From: Octopus sinensis
Taxonomy: Eukaryota
Reading direction: 5' to 3'
Length of the DNA stretch: 64,000 nucleotides
Assembly: GCF_006345805.1 (NCBI RefSeq)
Contig: NC_042997.1
Coordinates: 178,312,001-178,376,000 of the forward strand
The notes under the pieces were generated by a model that was given only the letters and a program-made list of their open reading frames with translations, had not been told where the DNA came from and searched no databases. Below, in pieces: positions 12,436-24,754 of this stretch (position 1 is the first letter of the stretch; each line of letters starts with the position of its first letter). The translations under genes and the position numbers were made by a program.

Positions 12436-15400
12436 TTAGTGCTACATCAAGGATTAGCAACCATTATCTTGGCCTATGTCCTTCAGCCGAGGAAACCTGA
12501 TGGACAGAGAGACAGATTTTATGACACCCTCTTGCAGACTACCTTGTTGACGAATGACAGGGACCTTCTCTTTGTGGCTGGTGACTTCAGTAGACATGTT
12601 GGACAACATGCAGTGGGCTTCCATGGTGTACATGTAGGCTATGGTTTTGTTTCCCTGGAATGAGGAGGGAACCAAGCTGCTGGAGTTCTGCAATGCAAAT
12701 GATCTTATGGTTTGCAATATCAGTCACCTAGTCACCCACCATTCTGGCAGACACACTAGCGAAATTGACTACATCCTTGCCAGAAAAAGGGAAAGATGGC
12801 AGCTTATAAATGCCAAAACCTTCCCAGGCAAAGAATGTACCCCACAACATAAACTAGTAGTTAGCGACTTCAGGATCAGGGATAAATGGATGTGCAGAAG
12901 ACGACCAGTATGGAGGAGAAGGGTCTGGAAGCTTAAAGATCCTGTGAATGGACAGAGATTTAGGGATGTATTACTCAAAGCCTTTGATGAAATAGAAGGG
13001 GATGTAGCATCACATAATGTGGAAGACAACTGGAGGTTTCTACGGGACAACCTGCCGAGGGCCACTGACCAGATTTGTGGATGGTGCAAAGTCCCCTCTC
13101 ATCCCAAGGTAGTCTGGTGGTGGAACAATGTTGTTGACAGGGCTATTAGAGAAAAGAAACAGGCTTGGAAGGACTGGAAGAACGGTGGTAGCAGGGAATT
13201 GTTTCAGACTGCCAGAAGGGAAGCTAGGAGACAGGTTTATTTAGCCAGAGGGGAAGCAGATAAGAAAATATTTGCTAATTTTCTGCGCCGTGAGGACCAA
13301 AGACTTGAGGTATTTCATGTTGCAAGATTGTGTGGGAGATATTTGTGATGTCGTAGGAGAGAAATGTGTCAGTGTGGATGATGGTTCACTTGCATTAAAC
13401 GAGGCTGCAAAGAGAAAGGTTTGGAGATGCTACTATGAAAGGTTGCTCAATAAAGAGAACGAATGGGAGAAAGAAAGTCTGCTGAATGTTGACCCAACAG
13501 AGGGACCAGCTATCCAAATTCATAGTACCGTGGTAGATTAGACAATTAAGGTTATGAAGACAGGGATAGCCCCTGGCCCATCAGGAATCACTGCAAAGAT
13601 GCTCAAAATATCTGGTGGTATTGGCTATAGCCTTGTCACCTGTATAGTTAACCATGTGATACATGGAGGAGTCATACCCAATGACTGATGTAGTAGCACC
13701 ATAGTCAACTACTACAAAGGTAAAGGTGACGCTTTAGATACAAATAATTACAGAGGTATCAAGCTGTTGGATCAGGTAATGAAGGTCACGGAGAGGGTTA
13801 TAGCCCAACTAATTAGGGAGAGAGTCAGTCTAGATGGGTTTGTGCCAGGGAAAAGCACCACTGTTGCTATATTTTTAGTAAGACAGCTGCAAGAGAAATA
13901 CCTAGCCAAAGATAAACCTCTGTCCCTAGCTTTTGTTGACATAGAGGAAAGCCTTTGATAGGGTCCCCTGATCCCTTATCTGGTGGTCAATGAGGAAACT
14001 AAGGATAGTTGAATGGTTAATGAGAGCTGTGCAAACCATGTACAGGGATAGTGTTGGCAACGAGTACAGTGAAGAATTCCGAGTAGGGGTAGGGGTCCAC
14101 CAAATATCAGTCCTCAGCCCCTCTTATTCATCATAGTCCTCCAGTCAATAACAGAGGAATTCAAGACAGGATGCTCCTCGGAGCTCTTCTATGCTGATGA
14201 CCTTGCTCTAACTGCTAAGTCACTATCAGAACTAGAGGAAAAGTTTCAGGTGTGGAAGCAAGGATTAGAATTGAAGGGCTTTAGAGTCAACTTAGCTAAA
14301 ACGAAAGTCTTAATAAGTAGGAAGGCAGACAAACCACAAATCTCTTCAGGTAGATGGCCCTGCTTGATCTGTAGAAAAGGCATAGATAGAAACTCTATAA
14401 GATGTACCCTGTGCAAGCTATGGACACATAAGAGGTGCAGCAATATCAAAGGGGGCTAACTGGGAAGATAGTTTTTGTATGTGGCAGATGCTCAGGTGCT
14501 ATAAACACAGAAAATGTGCAGAGAACAGCTTGTCACATTCCAAGGAGAAAAACTAGAAGTAGTTGATAGCTTCAATTACCTAGGCGACCAAGTCAGTAGC
14601 AGGAGTGGATGCTCTGAAAGTATAGCTGCTAGAATAAGAATAGCCTGGGCAAAGTTCAGAGGGCTCCTACCTCTGCTGGAGATAAAGGGCCTCTCACTCA
14701 GAGTAAAAGGTAGACTGTATGATGTATATGTATGAACAGCCATGCTACATGGCAGTGAAACATGGGCCGTGACTGCTGAGGACATGTGTAAGCTTGCAAG
14801 GAATGAAGTCATTATGCTCCGCTGGATGTGTAATGTCAGTGTGCATACACGACAGAGTGTAAGCACCCTGAGAGAAAAGTTGGATTTAAGAAGCATCAGA
14901 TGTGGTGTGCAAGAGAGACAACTGCGCTGGTATGGTCATGTGTTGCGAATGAATGAGGACAGCTGTGTGAAAAAGTGTCACACCCTAGCAGTTGAGGGAA
15001 TCTGTGGAAGAGGTAGATCCAGGAAAACCTGGGATGAGGTGGTGAAGCATGACCTTCGAACACTGGACCTTACTGAGGCAATGACAAGTGACGGGGACCT
15101 TTGGAGATATGCTGTGCTTGAGAAGACCCGACAAGCCATGTAGGACCATAGCCCATGGCCTATGCCAGTGGGTATAACCAGCCCATTTATGAATACTCCT
15201 CATTCATTGGACAATAAACCTTGCTTGTGAAGACCTATTGAGGCAAGTGAAATCAGATCAAAATCGCTGACATGGCCAATGACAGTACCGCCTGATTGGC
15301 ACTCATGCCAGTGGAACGTTAAATGCACATCTGAACGTGGGGTGTAACCAGCCCGCTTATGAGTACCCCTCATTCATTGGACAATGAACTTTGCTTGCGA

Positions 15401-15852
15401 AGACCTATTGAGGCGAGTGTAAACAAATCAAAATCGCTCACGTGGCCGATGACATTATCGCTTGATTGGCACTTGTGCCAGTGGAACGTTTAAAGCATAT
15501 CTGAGCATGATCGTTGCCAGGTCCACGGATTGGCTCCCATGTTGGTGACATGTGAAAAGCACCATTTGAGCATGATTGTTGGCAGTGTCACCTTACCGGC
15601 ACATGTGCAGGTGGCACGTGAAAGCATCTTTTGAGTGTGGTTGTTGCCAGAACCACCTGACTGCCCCTCGTGCCGGTAGCATGTAAAAGGCACCCACTAC
15701 ACTCTCGGAGTGGTTGGCATTAGGAAGGGTATCTAGCTGTAGAAACTTTGCCAGATCAGATTGAGCCTGGTGCAACCTATGGCTCGCCAGTCCTCAGTCA
15801 AACCATTCAACCCATGCCAGCAAGGAAAGCAGACATTAAATGATGATGATGA
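12436..15852 (+). mobile_element. 5'-truncated decayed RTE-clade LINE (AP endonuclease + reverse transcriptase) with its 3' UTR and (GAT)n tail
   Basis: EN motifs: AGDFSRHVG, NEEGTKLLEFC, SEIDYIL, QHKLV. RT motifs: NYRGIKLL, GFVPGKST, LSPLLF, YADD (about 14190), FNYLG, RWYGHVLR. It has multiple stops and frameshifts; ORF2 ends at 15143 and the UTR runs to the GAT tail at about 15852. Confidence 0.92.
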
Positions 15853-15870
15853 TATACACACAAAGCAAAG

Positions 15871-16664
15871 AAGGATGTCATGGTACTAGTGCATTATGGC
15901 CGTTTCAGGCAGCCCCATTTAATCGATCAATGCAAGCATTACATCAATTTGAGATACATCTCCTTCCTCGGATGTATAAGACCATGTAGATTTTCAACAT
16001 ACAGGATACTCCATTATAATCTTTTAGCAAATTTTTCATCAGAACTAGAGAACAAAAAGAATTACATGCTTGTTACCATTATTGTAGCAGTATGAACTTA
16101 GGGATAAAATACCCCAACTATAATTTGGAGTGGCAGAAGAGAATAATAACAGGGGCAAAGAGATGGTAATATAGCTACATTTATCTTTGTTCTTACCACA
16201 ATCAAGAGATCTAATGCAGCTAGAATTCTACAATTTGACATTAATTTATCATCAGCTCCTAGAACTTAGCTGTCAATTCCCAATGGTTTTAATTCTCAGT
16301 GGAGGTTGTATACTGGTTGCATTTGATTTTTTGACGGTGATAAGGTGAAAGATAAATGCAGCTGTAATACCATATCTTGACCCCTATTGTTATTTTCTTC
16401 TACCACTCCAAATTATAGTTGGGGTATTTTCTCCCTAAGTTCATTCTTCTACAATAATAGAAACAGGCATGTAATTCTTTTATTCTCCAGTTCTGATTAA
16501 GAATTTGCTAAAAAATTATAATGGAGTATTCTGTATGTTGAAAACCTATATGGTCTTATGCATCCGAGGAAGACGGTGTATTTTAGATTAATATAAAGCT
16601 TGCATTGATTGATTAAATGGAGCTACCTGAAACGGCTGTAATGTACTAATACCTTGACATTCTT
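15871..16664. repeat. Fold-back element with about 350-bp arms, each carrying a hammerhead-like motif
   Basis: 15871-16223 is the reverse complement of 16313-16664, with mostly transition differences and a spacer of about 90 nt. The motif lies at 16559-16645(+) and 15890-15976(-). Confidence 0.85.
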
Positions 16665-16788
16665 GTTACTTATTTGCTTTTTATTCACCTTACTTCAAGC
16701 TGTGCGGATAATACTGGACTGACTCGGTTCCTCAACTTAAGTACCTAATTCAACTGAATCTTAATTATCTCTTATGTATATATATCTA

Positions 16789-17655
16789 CAGGGTGTGATG
16801 GGTAAATGATCACCATTTTATGTTTTTAATTTCACACATGCGTATTGTTGGTTTCTGATTTTATCAACTACAGAGTATAGTAGGGTCAGTTGGGCACCGT
16901 CTATGAGAAAAACAGCACCATGACACAATTCACTCTGTCAGAAATTTGGAAACAACATGCTGTAGTGCTTGGCATATGTGCCAGAAGCTACAATACAAAC
17001 ATTTCAGAGTGTTTGTGTGTCAGTCTGAAGACATGTACCGAGAGCGATAAGTATCAGACATCCAGTCAACATCGTGGTGTTTGGAGTGATCACTAGTGAT
17101 GGTGACGTTATGCTTCCATTCATCTTCCAACACAACCTCACATTCAACACAGAGGCCTACATCATGTGCCTGGAGGAACTAGTGTTGCCCTGGGTCATGA
17201 GGGTGGCTGCTGGAAGACCTTACGTCTGGCAACAGGACTCAGCACCATGCCACACAAGCAGGAGAACCCAGTCTTGACTTTCAGACAATTTCTGCGACCA
17301 CGTCCCCCTAACATCTGGCCACCTAACTACCCAGACTGCAGTACCCTTGATTATTATGTGTGTAGTGCAGTTGAGCGAGACCAACAAAACTTGTAACACC
17401 AAAGATGAACTGAAGGCAAGGATTATGGTACCATTCACCAACTTAAACAAGGAAATCGTCCAGAAGAGTTGCAGGAGATTCCGAAATCGTCTAGAGGCCG
17501 TGGTTGAAACAAATGGCGATTTTATTGAATAAATTTACTCTTTAGTATTTCGAGTTATTTTTATGTAATTTTGGTAAATATATCTGTTAAAATGAAATGT
17601 CAGTGTTATTTTCATTTTTGCGTAATTTAGACGACAGTTTATTCACCGCACCCTG
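16789..17655 (+). mobile_element. Internally deleted Tc1/mariner maT-type (DD37D) DNA transposon
   Basis: TA|CAGGGTG...CACCCTG|TA termini. The transposase remnant at 17074-17532 (VFGVITSDG...WQQDSAPCH...WPPNYPDCSTLDY...RLEAVVETNGDFIE) has 37-residue D-D spacing after correcting one frameshift, plus an in-frame stop. Confidence 0.85.
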
Positions 17656-17659
17656 TATA

Positions 17660-18057
17660 TCTTTATATATAAAAGTGAAGTTGTGTGTCTGTCTCCTACG
17701 ATTTAGATTCCTAACTACTCCCACATTTTGCGGTGCAGTTTAACCAAAACCGGGTATCTTATAGTCGTGATTCATATCGAGCCCTTCTGGGTATTAGCGC
17801 GCGTCTACGATGAGTCTACGATTTTAAAAATAATTTACCATCATTTTTTTTCCATTTTAATGCATTTTTTCGCTATTATATAAGGGAAGTAACTCTCTAA
17901 AAATGTCTACGATGAGTCAACGATTTAAAAAAAATTTACAATAATTTTTTTCCATTTTTAATGCATTTTTTTGGCTATTTTTTGGCTAAAACTCTCTAAA
18001 AATGCTTATATAGTTATTTCCCTTACAAACCCGAGCAACGCCGGTCGATACTGCTAG
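17660..18057 (+). mobile_element. Non-autonomous Helitron
   Basis: A|TCTTTATATATAAAAG...CCCGAGCAACGCCGGTCGATACTG-CTAG|T. It starts 4 nt after the maT right end. Confidence 0.87.
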
Positions 18058-18432
18058 TATATATATAAAAAAGCAAACAGGTTTGTCGATTATAAAATGT
18101 AAGATCTAGAATCCATGGAGATTGGTATTCGGTGTCGGCCAAAGTTAACCAAACAGCGTTATTTTTACAGAAGTAATTAACGCTTTATACATGTTTTCTA
18201 TATACAGCAAGACTGGTTGAGTGTTTGGTAGCTAAGTGTATTATTAGCCAGCCATATGATTTCACCGTTCTCAATGGAAGGGTAGCTTCATATGATTGAG
18301 TCGTTAACTATTACTACTCGTATATTAATAATCAAAACAGCGGCATATAATATCAGGGGAGACAACTCTGATGTTTCATTCTAAGGGGTAACAACTCGTG
18401 TACTTTCACGCTATAAAAATAGTGATTGTATA

Positions 18433-18520
18433 CAGTGTATCCCCGCTTATTCGCGGTTCGGCATTCGTGGTCCCGGTTATTCGCGGAAACTACCGCATAT
18501 TCGCGGAATCGTAAATATCG
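18433..18520 (+). mobile_element. Possible pogo/Tigger-like terminal fragment
   Basis: TA|CAGTGTATCCCCGCTTATTCGCGG with repeated TATTCGCGG subterminal motifs. No convincing opposite TIR was found. Confidence 0.4.
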
Positions 18521-18755
18521 TCCGTGAGTTTTAATAGCTTTTTTCGTGGTAATATCTATTTTTTACACTTTTTAAGGCCAGATTATTTATAACAACATAC
18601 TGTATTTGACAGCTTATTGGATACCCCTTTGCATCATGTCGCTTGATTGTTCTAGATACCAAATACACTGTAGATACGAGTACACTGTGTCTTGTATCTC
18701 TTATTCCTGCTTTCAATCAAAGCTTGCTAATTAGTATAGCGACATCTATCTATAT

Positions 18756-18799
<44 letters not shown>

Positions 18800-18890
18800 T
18801 TATTACTGCAAAAAATAATTGTATTCTTCAGTTTAATTTTCAGAAAAACGTTTCCATGTGTTAATTTACATTTTCCTTTATTCTTTAAAG

Positions 18891-19034
18891 GCTACGAAGT
18901 TCTTCAAAGTCGTCCTCGAACTGTAGAGCATGTTCCAGTTTTAGGCTTACACCAAACAACAGCCAAACCTACATCTGGTCGTGTTGCAATCTTTGGAGAT
19001 TCCAATTGTTTGGATAACAGCCACATGCTGAAAG
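18891..19034 (+). CDS. MBTPS1: MBTPS1 coding exon: YEVLQSRPRTVEHVPVLGLHQTTAKPTSGRVAIFGDSNCLDNSHMLK
   Basis: ctttaaag| acceptor and |gtgagg donor. 144 nt. Matches human [21 protein letters not shown]...GRIVLYGDSNCLDDSHRQK. Confidence 0.95.
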
Positions 19035-21511
19035 GTGAGGTGATTCTTTTTCATATTTCTTACCTTGTGTTGACAGCTGCACACAAAAGATTGATACCAT
19101 GGAGATGAATAAAACCTATTAAACTCTTTTGTTGCCCATCTACCTGAGACTGTCCTTTGTTTTGCAGTACAAGCTTCTTGTTATAAAGCGATTTACATTA
19201 AAAACCTTTCATCAAAGCTTCATGGTCCTAATATCTTAATAATGACAAGTTATTGTATTAAAATTAAATTCTTTATTGTTTTCGGCACAGGAGTGGCTGT
19301 GTGGTAAAGAGTGTGCTTACCAACCACATGGTTCCGGGTTCAGTCCCACTGCATGGCACCTTGATCAAGTGTCTTCTACAACAATCTCGGGCCGACCAAA
19401 GCCTTGTGAATGGATTTGGTAGATGGAAACTGAAAGAAGCTCGTCATATATATATCATCATCATCATCATCATTTAGCGTCCGTTTTCCATGCTAGCATG
19501 GGTTGGACGGTTCTACTGGGGTCTGTGAAGCCAGAAGGCTTCATCAGGCCCAGTCAAATCTGGCAGTGTTTCTACGGCTGGATGCCCTTCCTAACGCCAA
19601 CCACTCCGTGAGTGTAGTGGGTGCATATATATATATGTGTACTACTATAGCCTCGGGCCAACCAAAGCCTTGTGAGTGGATTTGGTAGACGGAAACTGAA
19701 AGAAGCCTGTCGTATATATGTATATATATATATGTGTGTGTGTGTTTGTGTGTGTTTCTGTGTCTGTATTTGTCTCCCCACCATCACATGAGAACTGAAG
19801 CTGGTGTGTTTATGTGCCTGTAACTTAGCGGTTCGGCAAAATAGACTGATAGAACAAGTACTAGGCTTACAAAGAATAAGTCCTGGCGTTAATTTGCTCG
19901 ACTAAATGCAGTGCTCCAGCACGGCCACAGTCAAATGACTGAAACAAATAAAAGAATAAAAGAATAAAATTAATTGAAACAGATGTAGTTATTTCAGTAG
20001 AAATTTGGTAACAAAAAAGTTAAAAAATACAAATTGTATTCATTTATTCTTTAACTTGTTTACAGTCATTTGACTGTGGCCATGCTGGAGCACCACCTTG
20101 AAGGTCTTTAGTCAAACAAATCGATCCCAGGATTTATTTTTTAAGCCTAGTACTTATCCTTTTGTTGAACTGCTAAGTTATGGGGTTGTAAACGCATGGT
20201 AATAGTGACTGATAGAATAAGTACTAGGCTTAAAAAATAAGTCCTGGGGTCAACTTGTGTGGCTAAAAATAAAAGCCATCAAGGCAGTGCTCCAGTATGG
20301 CTGCAGTCAAATGACTGAAACAAAAGACTAAAAGAATGTAAGAGATTTGACAGATCCTGTCAAATTGTTCACCATATGCCAACATGGAATATGGACATTA
20401 ACTAATGAGAATTATGATGTAGACTTGTTTTGTCAAATTAGTCCTTCCTTTATTTAACTCATTGCATGTCCAAAGCATTTTCATAAGTTTGCCCTAAACA
20501 TCCATGCTTGTTTTTGAACTTTTGGTTATCCCTTGTTTCACGTGTTCTGAGTTACATAAAGTTTTCCCTTCATAAGTCTCAAGTTAAACTGTTGGTCGAA
20601 TAAAATCGAGAATGTGTATCATATATTATGTATGGATGCCAGAGAAATATATCCTATGTATCATGTGATACACTGGACAGGTAAAAGGTTAAGATGGTAG
20701 AGTGTAATCTGAAGGCTACTCGTTGCTATTTCTAGCATGTTGACTGATGCTGTTGAGTCACCCTCATTGTGTTGTCATATTTGTTATACGGTATGTTAGT
20801 AGTAGACAAATTTTTAACTTACATAAGATTAAATATAAAAATGTTATTGAAATTTACAAGGAATAATAATTTTTTTAACATGTTTTTAGTTTTTTTGGTT
20901 TACATTTTTTTTTACACATTTTAACTTACATTTTCTTCAGTGTTACCATGTAAGTAATGTACATCTGCATTTGTTTTTTCTTAATATATTTGGGAATATT
21001 TTCTGTAAAACCGATAGGTGCGTGGCGGCATGGTTATAAAGTTTGCTTCCTAAGTACATGGTTAGGAAGCAAACTATAGCTTTGGGTTGACCAATATTTT
21101 GTGCGTCAAATGAGTACAAGGAAACTGTAAAGAGGTTTGTCATGAGTATGTACAGGCCTATATGTATAAATAATAGGTGTATGTATTTGTTTATATATGT
21201 GTATGTGTGTGATCATCATCATTTAATGTCCACTTTCCATGCTGGCATAGGTTGGACAGTTTGACAGGAGCTGACTAGGTACAAAACTGCACCAGACTTC
21301 TGTGTCTATTTTGGCATGGTTTTTATGACTGGATGCCCTTCCTAACCCCAGCCACCTCACAGAATGGATTGAATGCTTTTTACATGGGATGAGCATAGGC
21401 AAAGTCAGTTTTGACATGATTTTTACAATTGGATGGCCTTCCAAATACCAACAACTTTACAGTGTAGACTGGATACTTTTTACTTGGCATCAGCAGGGTC
21501 ACACATATGTG

Positions 21512-21550
<39 letters not shown>

Positions 21551-22223
21551 GAAAGTTAAAATCCAATTGTGTCCTCTTGAAGCATGTCTGCTTATCTCAG
21601 TAATCAATAGTCATATGCAATTGTTATATTTGAGTGAAGTATGTATAAAAGTCGAAAATTTCTGAAAATATTTTTTGGGAGTAATTACATATTAAAACAG
21701 GAGATTGAAAAAAAAATTTTGGCATTATTTATTCACCATTACACATTACACAAATTCTTTAGACAGCGAATCAAATAATACCAAATATATAATTCTCTCT
21801 CTCTTTCTCTAAAGAATTTCTATTTTGTAACTCCTATTAGTGAATGAAACATGTGTAATGGTGAATAAGTAAGGTCAAGAACTTTTCCAATCTTCTCTTG
21901 TGATATTAAAAAATGTTAGCTCACCGGACGAAATGCTTAGTGGTTTTTTGTCTGTCTTTACGTTCTGAGTTCAAATTCCACTGAAGTCGACCTTGCTTTT
22001 CATCCTTATGGGATCGATCAATTAAGTACCAGATGCGTACTGAGGTCAATCCCCCCAAAATTTTGGGCCTTGTACCTAGAGTAGAAAAGAAAATTATTGG
22101 CATTTTTTTGCTTACAGGTTACATATATATGCATAACTTTTTGCTGGTATGATGTGTATCTCTCTTCCAAGAATCTGTTTAAGTTAGTTCTGCTACTTTG
22201 GTTCAAATAGAGAAGCTGTAAAC

Positions 22224-22560
22224 TCAGAGTTCAGGAGTTCTCCATCTAAACTTGCTTCCACTATTGAATATGTATGTTACGTATTCATTTATTTCTTCGC
22301 TGTTCAGTGGGTGTTGTCTGATTGAAACAATGTAACACTCAAAAGCTGTCTGGATTGATCTTTTGCCTCTCTCTCCCTCCTCTTGTTTAACATAGATGTT
22401 GCCTGTATCACTGTAGATATGGAAGCTACCAGTCATTGGTAGGGTTCCTAGTCCTGATGTCTAAGTTGTGGATTTCTTCAAGCATCCAATCTAATATCCC
22501 AGAGATTTGTCCTAGCACTGTCGCTGCAAGAGCATTGTGGGATATAAAGCTATAAGATAA
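22224..22560 (-). mobile_element. Decayed R4/Dong-like (RLE-type) LINE fragment, RT C-terminal region
   Basis: The minus strand reads, with a frameshift, GILDWMLEEIHNLDIRTR..MTGSFHIYSDTGNIYVKQEEGERG. This resembles the LDxKTRKxLT...FH..SDVDRLYxxRxxGGRG signature. Confidence 0.6.
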
Positions 22561-24156
22561 TGAATAAATAAGTATTACATATGACAGAATTATCTAAACG
22601 CTAATAGTATCCATTTCTTTGCAGAGCATAGTTTTGAGTTACAGACCTCCGGGTTATGTGTCCAGCACACTTTCACTGCACCATTCTGCCCAATGAGTGA
22701 TTAAGCAAATATATATAATTGAAATTGAAATCAAATTTGATGACTGGCATCTGTGCTAGTGGAGCGCTAAGAGTACCATATGAGTGAGATCGTTGCCAAC
22801 GCGACAAGCTAGCCTCTGTGCCGATGGCACGTTAAAAACACCATTTGTGCATGATCGTTACCTGCGTCACCTTACTATCACTTGTGCTGGTGGCATGTGA
22901 AAAAAAAATTCGAGTGAGGTCGTTGTCATTGCCAGTGCCACTGGACTGGCTCCTGTGCAGGTGGCACATAAAAAGCACCATTTGAGTGTGGCTGTTGCCA
23001 GTACCGCCTGACTGGCCCTCGTGCTGGTGGCACGTAAAAGCACCCACTACACTCTTGGAGTGGTTGGCGTTAGGAAAGGCATCCAGCTGTAGAAACTGTC
23101 AGATCAAGATTGGAACCTGGTGCAGCCATCTGGTTCGCCAGACATCTGTCTAATCGTCCAGCCCATGCTAGCATGGAAAGCGGATGTTAAACGATGATGA
23201 TGATGAATGGATTATTGAATGTATATTCTGTTCTGGTTTACATTACTTGTATTACATCATCCATCATTTGTTATTTATTCATTATTAATTTATTGGTCTA
23301 TTTCAAATGTACAAAATATAGTAATTGTCAATACATACTACAGCACTGGGATGTTAATTAACTTACTGAAAGGTGACATTTCACTTTGCTGATACTCCAC
23401 CAGTCACATCTGACAAACCATGTGCATAGAGCTTAGTGTTGCAAATTTTTCAGAGTGTCTCTTCATTTGCTATTCTCAGATCAGTCAGTAGCAAATCAAT
23501 TCTATAAATGTTTCCCCAGCACAGTATAGTGAGTGGGCTATTCTAAATATTCTATAGCAGTACTAAACATTCATAAAACTTATGTTATGTGGTACTTATG
23601 GAAGGAATTGATTAATTTGTTGCAAATGCTCTTAAATCAGTTTTGAGTCCCAAATGTCAACAGCTTCCATGTGTCAACATTGTATAACAGTTGTATGTTT
23701 TCTTCCAAACATGTAATATAAAACTGAATAAGGCCCCACATTTCATGCCTGTTAGAAATACTGGTTCAAGTGGACTTGAGTTCATTTATGACAAATTTTT
23801 TTTTTAATGAAATCATTGGGGAATGCATCTTGTTATTGGCTTCAGAAGATATATATGTATGAGTTAAGGCGGTGAGCTGGCAGAAACATTAGCACGCCAG
23901 GCGAAATGCTTAACGGTATTTCGTCTGACGTTACGTTCTGAGTTCAAATTCCGCTGAGGTCGACTTTGCCTTTCATCCTTTCGGGGTTGATAAATTAAGT
24001 ACCAGTTACGCACTGGGGTCGATGTAATCGACTTAATCCATTTGTCTGTCCTTGTTTGTCCCTTCTATTTTTAGCCCCTTGTGGGCAATAAAGAAAAATG
24101 TGTGTGTGTGTATGTATGTACGTACGTACGTATGTATGTATGTTTATGTATGTATG

Positions 24157-24352
24157 TTAGAAGAAATAAGGTACTCAGAAATCTGGATGGTTTTATATTT
24201 ACAGATTTTCATTAATATGTCACATATTTTTATAAATCATATATTAGCACTTCATCCAAAGTGCTAATATATGATTTATAAAAACATGTGACATTAATAA
24301 AAACCTGTAAATATAAAACCATCCAGATTTCTGAGTACCTTATTTCTTCTAA
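24157..24352. repeat. Short-loop palindrome (about 95-bp arms, 6-nt loop)
   Basis: 24157-24252 is the reverse complement of 24259-24352; the loop is CATCCA. Confidence 0.9.
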
Positions 24353-24360
24353 TATATAAT

Positions 24361-24666
24361 TTTTTTTTTGTTCCTTCTCGAGCCATGCCTGGCTCATAAG
24401 GGCCGGTTTCCTGGATTCTTGGCATATAGGTTCCCCATCTGGACGGGACGCCGGTCCATCGCAGGTGAGCTGCAAGATGCAGGAGGAAAGAGTAAGAGAA
24501 AGTTGTGGCGAAAGGATCATCAGAAGTTTCGCCATTACCTTCTGCCGGAGCTGCGTAGAGTTTAGGTGTTTCGCTCATAAACACGCACATCGCCCGGTCT
24601 GATATTCGAACCCGCGATCCCTCGACCATGAGTCTGCTGCTCTAACCACTTGGCCATGCACCTCCA
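24361..24666 (-). mobile_element. Full-length tRNA-derived SINE family C with a V-domain-like core, A tail and 15-bp TSD
   Basis: TSD CTTCTAATATATAAT at 24346-24360 and 24667-24681. Head TGGCCAAGTGGTTAG...GGTTCGAAT; core CTGCGATGGACCGGCGTCCCGTCCAG. A partial relative lies at about 61933-62115(+). Confidence 0.85.
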
Positions 24667-24692
24667 CTTCTAATATATAATACCTGTACATC

Positions 24693-24751
<59 letters not shown>

Positions 24752-24754
<3 letters not shown>

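Noticed and set aside
24600-24666. tRNA-like sequences at SINE heads (also 11724, 23866, 39908, 61933)
   Set aside because: They are SINE 5' domains that continue into SINE bodies with TSDs, and no complete cloverleaf with an acceptor stem is present, so they are not called tRNA genes.
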